NCBI GenBank assembly: GCA_025456385.1 | Contig: JALOKS010000007.1 | Coordinates: 1-39,812, forward strand | Reading direction: 5' to 3' | Source: Thermoanaerobaculales bacterium | GTDB lineage: Bacteria > Acidobacteriota > Thermoanaerobaculia > Thermoanaerobaculales > Sulfomarinibacteraceae | DNA length: 39,812 bases | Shown: positions 34,201 through 39,812 of the stretch, piece after piece | How positions within the stretch are numbered: the stretch's first letter is position 1 | Layout of the letters: each line of letters begins with the position of its first letter | Translations under genes and position numbers: made by a program | The notes under the pieces: generated by a model | Databases searched by the model: none | The model's input: the letters and a program-made list of their open reading frames with translations, nothing else | What the model was told of the DNA's origin: nothing

Positions 34201-37008
34201 ATGCAGGACGAGATCCTGATCCGCGGCGCGCGCGAGCACAACCTGGCCAACATCGATGTCGCCATCCCGCGCAACCGGCTGGTGGTGATCACCGGCGTTT
34301 CCGGCTCCGGCAAGTCCTCGCTCGCCTTCGACACCCTCTTCGCCGAGGGTCAGCGGCGCTACGTGGAGTCGCTGTCCGCGTACGCGCGGCAGTTCCTCGA
34401 CCAGATGGAGAAGCCCGACGTCGACACCATCGAGGGCCTGTCGCCGGCGATCTCGATCGAGCAGAAGACGACCTCGCGCAACCCGCGCTCGACGGTCGGC
34501 ACGGTGACCGAGATTCACGACTACCTGCGCCTGCTGTGGGCCTCGATCGGCGTCCCCGAGTGCCCGGACTGCGGCATCGTCATCCGCCCGCAGAGCGTCG
34601 AGCAGATGGTGGACCAGCTCCTCGCCCTCCCCGCGGGGACCCGCTTTTCGCTCCTCGCGCCGGTGATCGAGGGGCGCAAGGGCGAGCACCGCAAGGTCTT
34701 CGCGCAGATGGTGCGCGAGGGTTTCGTGCGCGCGCGCGTCGACGGCGAGCTCGTCGAGGCGGCGGCGCCCCCCGAGCTCGACAAGAAGCGCCGGCACACG
34801 ATCGAGGCCGTGGTCGACCGCCTGACCGTGCGCGACGGGGTCGCGGGGCGCCTCGCCGACTCGCTCGAGACCGCTCTCAAGGTCGGCGAGGGGCTCGCCC
34901 GGGCTGCGGTCGCGGGCGGTGCGGAGATCACCCTGTCCGCGCGCCACGCCTGCCCGGGCTGCGGGTTCTCGCTGTCGGAGATCTCGCCGCGCCTCTTCTC
35001 CTTCAACTCGCCGCAGGGTGCCTGCCCGACCTGCTCCGGCCTCGGCTTCCTGCGCGAGGTCGACCCCGAGAAGCTGATCGTCGACCCCGAGCGCAGCCTC
35101 TCCGGCGGCTGCCTGGCGATGGTCGGCAAGAGCCCCGGCTCCTGGTTCCGGCACCAGGTCGAGCAGCTCGCCGGCGCCCTCGACTTCGATCTCCACACCC
35201 CGTGGCGCCGCCTCCCGGCCGAGGTGCGCGAGATCCTGATGTACGGCAGCGACGGCGAGCACGAGTTCGTGTGGGAGGGGAGCAAGGGCGCGTACCGCTA
35301 CCGCGACCGCTTCGAGGGCGCGGTGCCCAGGCTCGAGCGGCGCTACGCGGAGACCACCTCCGAGGAGACCCGGCGGGAGCTCGAGCGCTTCATGTCGCTC
35401 GCCCCCTGCGGCGAGTGCTCGGGGGCGCGCCTGCGGCGCGAGGCGCTCGCCGTCAAGGTCGGCGGCCGCAGCCTGGTCGAGGTCTCGGCGCTGCCGGTGC
35501 GGCGCGCCCTCGACTGGTTTCTCGAGCTGCCGCTCGGCGGCCGCGAGCGGGCCATCGCCGACAAGGTCCTGCGCGAGGTCTGCGACCGCCTCGGATTTCT
35601 GGTCTCGGTCGGTCTCGACTACCTGACGCTCGACCGCATGGCGGGCAGTCTGTCCGGCGGCGAGAGCCAGCGCATCCGCCTCGCCACCCAGGTCGGCTCG
35701 AAGCTGATGGGCGTGCTCTACGTTCTCGACGAGCCGTCGATCGGCCTCCACCAACGCGACAACCGCCGCCTCCTCGACACCTTGAAGGGCATGCGCGACC
35801 TCGGCAACACGGTGGTGGTCGTCGAGCACGACGAGGAGACCATCCGCGAGGCCGACTGGGTGATCGACCTCGGCCCCGGGGCCGGCCGGCACGGCGGGCG
35901 GGTGGTGGCCTGCGGGGCGCCGGCCCACATCGAAGCCGACGAGGGCTCGCTCACCGGCGCCTACCTGTCGGGACGCAAGGCGATCCCGGTGCCCACCCGG
36001 CGGGCCGCGGGCAACGGCCACGGCCTCCTCGTGCGGGGCGCCGCCGAGCACAACCTCAAGGGTGTCGACGTCCGCTTCCCCCTCGGTCGGCTGATCGCCG
36101 TCACCGGCGTCTCGGGCTCCGGCAAGTCGACCCTGGTCAACGAGGTCCTGCACAAGGCGGTGGCGCGGGAGCTCTACGGGACGCCGTCGCGGCCGGGCCG
36201 CCACGACGGGGTCGAGGGCGTGGAGCTGCTCGACAAGGTGATCGCGATCGATCAGTCGCCGATCGGCCGCACGCCGCGCTCCAACCCCGCGACCTACACC
36301 AAGCTCTTCGACCCCGTCCGCGAGCTGTTCGCGGCGACCACCGACGCCCGCGCCCGCGGCTACACGCCGGGCCGCTTCTCCTTCAACGTCCGCGGCGGGC
36401 GCTGCGAGACCTGCCAGGGCGCCGGCCAGATCCGCATCGAGATGCACTTCCTGCCCGACGTCTTCGTGCCCTGCGACCAGTGCCGCGGCCGCCGCTACAA
36501 CCGCGAGACCCTCGAGGTCCGCTTCAAGGGCCTGTCGATCGCCGAGGTCCTCGACCTGACGGTGCTGCAGGCGCAGGAGGTGTTTGCCGCCCACCCGCAG
36601 ATCCTGCGCATCCTCGACACCCTGCTCGCGGTCGGCCTCGGCTACATCCACCTCGGCCAGCCCGCGACGACCCTGTCCGGCGGCGAGGCGCAGCGCATCA
36701 AGCTCTCCCGGGAGCTCGCCAAGCGCGCCACCGGCTCGACCCTCTACCTCCTCGACGAGCCGACCACCGGCCTCCACTTCGACGACGTCAGCAGGCTGCT
36801 CGGGGTGCTGCGCGCGCTCGTCGAGCGCGGCAACACGGTGATCGTCATCGAGCACAACCTCGACGTCGTCAAGACCGCCGACTGGGTCATCGACCTCGGA
36901 CCGGAGGGCGGCGACGGCGGCGGCGAGGTCGTGGCCGCAGGCACGCCGGAGGAGGTCGCGGGCTGCCGGGCCTCCTACACGGGGCAGTTCCTGAAGCGGA
37001 TCCTCTGA
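34201..37008 (+). CDS. uvrA: Excinuclease ABC subunit A
   Basis: 935 aa. Two ABC modules ([10 protein letters not shown] and [10 protein letters not shown]; [12 protein letters not shown] and [12 protein letters not shown]) and zinc-finger cysteines ([13 protein letters not shown]; [17 protein letters not shown]). Collinear by eye with E. coli UvrA across its length. Confidence 0.95.
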   Translation: MQDEILIRGAREHNLANIDVAIPRNRLVVITGVSGSGKSSLAFDTLFAEGQRRYVESLSAYARQFLDQMEKPDVDTIEGLSPAISIEQKTTSRNPRSTVGTVTEIHDYLRLLWASIGVPECPDCGIVIRPQSVEQMVDQLLALPAGTRFSLLAPVIEGRKGEHRKVFAQMVREGFVRARVDGELVEAAAPPELDKKRRHTIEAVVDRLTVRDGVAGRLADSLETALKVGEGLARAAVAGGAEITLSARHACPGCGFSLSEISPRLFSFNSPQGACPTCSGLGFLREVDPEKLIVDPERSLSGGCLAMVGKSPGSWFRHQVEQLAGALDFDLHTPWRRLPAEVREILMYGSDGEHEFVWEGSKGAYRYRDRFEGAVPRLERRYAETTSEETRRELERFMSLAPCGECSGARLRREALAVKVGGRSLVEVSALPVRRALDWFLELPLGGRERAIADKVLREVCDRLGFLVSVGLDYLTLDRMAGSLSGGESQRIRLATQVGSKLMGVLYVLDEPSIGLHQRDNRRLLDTLKGMRDLGNTVVVVEHDEETIREADWVIDLGPGAGRHGGRVVACGAPAHIEADEGSLTGAYLSGRKAIPVPTRRAAGNGHGLLVRGAAEHNLKGVDVRFPLGRLIAVTGVSGSGKSTLVNEVLHKAVARELYGTPSRPGRHDGVEGVELLDKVIAIDQSPIGRTPRSNPATYTKLFDPVRELFAATTDARARGYTPGRFSFNVRGGRCETCQGAGQIRIEMHFLPDVFVPCDQCRGRRYNRETLEVRFKGLSIAEVLDLTVLQAQEVFAAHPQILRILDTLLAVGLGYIHLGQPATTLSGGEAQRIKLSRELAKRATGSTLYLLDEPTTGLHFDDVSRLLGVLRALVERGNTVIVIEHNLDVVKTADWVIDLGPEGGDGGGEVVAAGTPEEVAGCRASYTGQFLKRIL

Positions 37009-37092
37009 GGACCGCCTCCGTTCCCGTCTCCGCCTCCGTGCCTGCCTGCAGTGCCTTCGGACACGGGCGCGGAGCCGCAGACCGGCACGGGC

Positions 37093-37851
37093 TCACGCCA
37101 GGATCGAGAAGCCCCCGTCGACGATCAGGGTCTGGCCGTGAATCATCGAGGCGAAGTCGGTGCACAGGAAGACCACGACGTTGGCGACGTCCTGCGGGTC
37201 GATGAGGCGGCCCGCGGGCGTCCGCCGACGCGCCGCGTCGAGGAGCTCCTCGCGGTTGGGGAAGTGGAGCAGGGCGTCGGTGTCCACCGTGCCGGCCGAG
37301 ACCGCGTTGATCCGCATGCCCTCGGGGGCGAACTCCGCCGCGAGGTGGCGGACCATCGACTCGAGAGCCGCCTTCGACGCGCCGACGGCGGTGTAGTTGG
37401 GGATCGCCCGCACCGCGCCGAGCGAGGAGACCGCCACCAGCACCCGCCCGCCGGCCGCCGGCAGCTTCAGGAACTGCTGGGAGATCGGGAGCAGAGCGGC
37501 CGCGTTGATGTGCATCGCCCAGTCGAAGTGGTGGAGGGTGAGCTCGCGCGCCGGCCGCAGGACGCCCGAGGCCGCGTTCGAGACCACGATGTCGAGCCCG
37601 CCCCAGGCGGCCGCGATGGCTCCGAAGAGGCGCTCGACGTGCTCCGGGTTGGCGACGTTGCCCTTGAGGACGAGGGCGCGGACCCCGCGCGACTCGATCT
37701 CGTGCGCCGTCTCCTCGGCGCGGGTGCGGTTGCGGAGGTAGTTGATCGCGACGTCGACCTTGAAGTCGGCGAGCGACAGCGCGATCGCCCGGCCGATGCC
37801 GCGGGAGGAGCCGGTGACCAGGGCGCGCTTGCCGCGGAGTCTGAGATCCAT
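37093..37851 (-). CDS. fabL: SDR-family enoyl-[acyl-carrier-protein] reductase, FabL-like
   Basis: 252 aa from ATG 37851 (SD GGAGGTG). TGSSRGIG, NAASGVLRP, YTAVGASKAAL, DTDALLHFPNREELLDAARRRTPAGR, GQTLIVDGG. Closely parallels Bacillus FabL as I recall it. Confidence 0.75.
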   Translation of the reverse strand: MDLRLRGKRALVTGSSRGIGRAIALSLADFKVDVAINYLRNRTRAEETAHEIESRGVRALVLKGNVANPEHVERLFGAIAAAWGGLDIVVSNAASGVLRPARELTLHHFDWAMHINAAALLPISQQFLKLPAAGGRVLVAVSSLGAVRAIPNYTAVGASKAALESMVRHLAAEFAPEGMRINAVSAGTVDTDALLHFPNREELLDAARRRTPAGRLIDPQDVANVVVFLCTDFASMIHGQTLIVDGGFSILA

Positions 37852-37988
37852 GTGCACCTCCGGGCGTCCAAACTACCCGGGTTGCACCGCGAAAACAAGC
37901 GCAGATGTTGGCTTCTCCGGGCATCCGCCCTTGACAGCGGGCGGCCCGCCGTCCACTATGTGACTACAACGAAACACCGGAGGTTCCC

Positions 37989-38282
37989 ATGAACAAGACC
38001 GAAATGGCCATGAAGCTTGCGAAAAAGACCGGAATCAGCCAGGGCAAGGCTGCGGAGATCATCGACCTCATGTTTTCCGCTCACCCCCGCAAGGGCCTGA
38101 TCGCGACCGCGCTCGACGCCGGCGAGAAGGTCACCATCCCCGGCTTCGGCACCTTCGCCACCAAGAGCCGCGGCGCGCGCCAGGGGCGCAACCCGGCCAC
38201 CGGCGCGACGATCACCATCCCGGCGAAGAAGTACGTCCACTTCAAGCCCGGCAAGACCCTGCGCGAGCGCGTCGAGAAGTAA
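37989..38282 (+). CDS. hup: HU/IHF-family nucleoid-associated DNA-binding protein
   Basis: 97 aa. MNKTEMAMKLAKKTGISQGKAAEIIDLMF..., GFGTFATKSRGARQGRNPATGATITIPAKKYVHFKPGK. SD GGAGG upstream. A perfect TTGACA at 37931-37936 is a possible -35. Confidence 0.9.
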   Translation: MNKTEMAMKLAKKTGISQGKAAEIIDLMFSAHPRKGLIATALDAGEKVTIPGFGTFATKSRGARQGRNPATGATITIPAKKYVHFKPGKTLRERVEK

Positions 38283-38339
38283 GGCCAGCACTCCGGCCGG
38301 CCGCCGCCGCGGCGGCCTTCCGGCTGCGTTCGCGAGTTC

Positions 38340-38370
38340 GGGCCGGGCCTCCGGGTCCGGCCCTTTCTCT
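38340..38370 (+). terminator. Candidate intrinsic terminator downstream of the HU gene
   Basis: GGGCCGGGCC-TCCG-GGTCCGGCCC forms a 10-bp stem (one G-U pair) with a tetraloop, followed by TTTCTCT. It sits between the convergent HU and kinase genes. Confidence 0.55.
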
Positions 38371-38384
38371 GCCCTGGCGCCGGC

Positions 38385-39812
38385 TCAGCGCACCTTCTCG
38401 AAGCGGTAGGGCACGGTGATCGTCGCGTAGGTCTTGATCCGCACCCCGGCCTCGGTCCCGGGCTTGAAGCGGTACTGGCGGGCGGCCGCGATCGCGGCCT
38501 CCGGAATGCCGAAGCCGGTGTCGTCGGCCCGCAGCACCTTCACGTCGTCGACCGCGCCCTCGGCGTTGACCGTGGCCTGGAGGATGATCACGCCCCAGCG
38601 GCGCGAGCGCTGGGCGACCAGAGACCACTGCGGGGGGACCACCTTGATCGCGACCGGCAGCGAATCGACCTCGGTCGGCTCGACGAAGGCGTTGACGCCG
38701 AGCGCCGGCTGCTCGCGGGCGGCCGGCTGGGCCGGCGCCGCGGTCGGCGGGGGGGCGGCGATCGCCGGTTGGGTGGCGACTGTCGCCGCGGCGGGGACGG
38801 CGGCGCCGGCCGCGCCCGAGCCTGCCGCCGCGGCCTCCGGAGCCGGGGGCGGCGAGGCGGCCGGCAGCGCGCTCGCGGCGACGGCCACGGCCGTCGCGGT
38901 GCGGTCTGCGGCGGCCTGCTGCCGCGCCGTCTCCTCGGCCCGCTGGCGCTCGGCCTCGAGCCTCGCCTCCTGCTGCCGCTGCGCCTCCTCCTCGGCGGCG
39001 ATCTGACGCCGCAGCTCCTCGCGGCGGCGCTCCTCCTCGCTCGACTGCTGGCCCACCCGCACCTGCTGCTCCGAGGCGCGCAGCCGGCGCTGCAGGTCCT
39101 CGATCTTGGCCTGGCGGTCGATCAGCTCCTTGCGGATCTCGGCCTCCTTCGCGGCCATCATCTCCTGCACCAGCGACTGCGCGAGCTCGCGCATCGCGTC
39201 CTCCTGCGCCTGCCGCTGCGCGGCGATCTCCTCCGCGGTCGGCGTCGGCGGCGGGGCCGCCGCGCGCGGGCCGCGGGTGCCGAGGAAGACCGTCACCGCG
39301 ACCGCCGCGACGACCGCCGCCGCGGCCGCGCCGAGCAGCCAGCCCCGGCGCCGCGACGGCTCCGCCGCCCGCTCCTCGATCTCGATCCGCGGTTCCTCCG
39401 GCATCTCCACCGGCCGCACGAGGTAGGGCGCGACGTCGAGCGCGGTCTCCCGGGCGCGCTCCCGCTCGTCGCCCTCGATCTCGGTCCGGAAGAGCCGGTC
39501 CATGAACAGCGCCAGGTTGAAGGTCGTCGGGCTGTAGGCGCCGCCGTAGAGCAGGCGGTCGAGCTCCTTCTTGAAGTCGGAGGCCGAGCTGAATCGGTCC
39601 TGGGCGCGCTCGGCGAGCGAGCGGCCGAGGAGGGCCCGGATGTCGTCGGGCAGGGGCTCCTCGTCGCCCGCCAGGCGGGCTGCCGCGATCGCCTCCATCC
39701 GCGCTGCGGGATCGGCCGGCAGCGGCGAGCCGGTCAGCAGGTGGTAGAGGATCGCGCCCAGGGAGTAGACGTCCCCCTGCCGGCTCGGGTTGCGCGCGAG
39801 CAGCGACTCGGG
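38385..39812 (-). CDS. Ser/Thr protein kinase (C-terminal lobe only in window) fused to a TM helix, coiled coil, Ala/Pro linker and TonB/TolA-like C-terminal domain; 5' end lies beyond the window
   Basis: The frame stays open upstream of the track ATG (39698) to the window edge and reads PESLLARNPSRQGDVYSLGAILYHLLTGSPLP, which is Hanks kinase subdomains VIII-IX, followed by DRFSSASDFKKELDRL. Next come a TM helix (GWLLGAAAAAVVAAVAVTVFLG), an E/R/Q-rich helix, an Ala/Pro-rich linker, and a TonB_C-like end (VIILQATVNAEGAVDDVKVLRADDTGFGIPEAAIAAARQYRFKPG). Confidence 0.8.
   Translation of the reverse strand, partial: PESLLARNPSRQGDVYSLGAILYHLLTGSPLPADPAARMEAIAAARLAGDEEPLPDDIRALLGRSLAERAQDRFSSASDFKKELDRLLYGGAYSPTTFNLALFMDRLFRTEIEGDERERARETALDVAPYLVRPVEMPEEPRIEIEERAAEPSRRRGWLLGAAAAAVVAAVAVTVFLGTRGPRAAAPPPTPTAEEIAAQRQAQEDAMRELAQSLVQEMMAAKEAEIRKELIDRQAKIEDLQRRLRASEQQVRVGQQSSEEERRREELRRQIAAEEEAQRQQEARLEAERQRAEETARQQAAADRTATAVAVAASALPAASPPPAPEAAAAGSGAAGAAVPAAATVATQPAIAAPPPTAAPAQPAAREQPALGVNAFVEPTEVDSLPVAIKVVPPQWSLVAQRSRRWGVIILQATVNAEGAVDDVKVLRADDTGFGIPEAAIAAARQYRFKPGTEAGVRIKTYATITVPYRFEKVR

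Noticed and set aside
33457-36855. 1132-aa minus-strand ORF opposite uvrA
   Set aside because: Same reasoning: it is antisense to a collinear, motif-complete uvrA, has a low-complexity composition and shows no recognisable domain.
38299-38317. GC hairpin GGCCGCC-GCCGC-GGCGGCC just after the HU stop codon
   Set aside because: It is followed by only two T residues. The stronger stem plus T-tract at 38340-38370 is the better terminator candidate.

Overview
Very GC-rich bacterial chromosome window (roughly 70% or more by eye, not computed) centred on the replication origin. No searches were run. All calls rest on reading the six-frame translations and the DNA for family motifs, so start codons and product names of non-core genes are provisional. 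Left arm, all on the minus strand: atpA (5' fragment), atpH, atpF, atpF-prime, a bactofilin, parB, parA, rsmG, mnmG, mnmE, jag, yidC, rnpA, rpmH. Right arm, all on the plus strand: dnaA, a candidate oriC in the dnaA-dnaN spacer, dnaN, recF, gyrB, gyrA, a CPBP protease, pdxS, pdxT. After about 21.3 kb orientation is mixed: MBL/class-II-phosphodiesterase-like gene, dprA, trmFO, xerC, a GT2 glycosyltransferase, a DUF4177-like small gene, a TPR/transmembrane protein plus an RDD-like membrane protein, DUF4390 plus an NtrY-type histidine kinase, a GAF/HD-GYP protein, smpB, uvrA, fabL-like reductase, HU, and a Ser/Thr kinase with a TolA/TonB-like C-terminus that runs off the window end. I saw no rRNA, tRNA, CRISPR array, IS element or prophage, and no convincing novel defence or mobile system; this is mostly core housekeeping DNA. 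The strongest anomaly is that the otherwise intact gyrA frame lacks about 26 residues that normally carry the catalytic Arg-Tyr and the DGQGNFGS loop. Other points worth a second look: two near-perfect parS sites; a parA-parB-bactofilin operon; DnaA boxes plus an AT-rich element between dnaA and dnaN; a patch of A/T-ending codons in the mnmE P-loop; several ATG starts without a Shine-Dalgarno (SD) sequence and with a -10-like hexamer 6-8 nt upstream (candidate leaderless mRNAs); an NtrY-type kinase with no response regulator; and the kinase-TonB/TolA fusion. The many long Arg/Pro/Gly/Ala-rich ORFs antisense to real genes are treated as high-GC artefacts.
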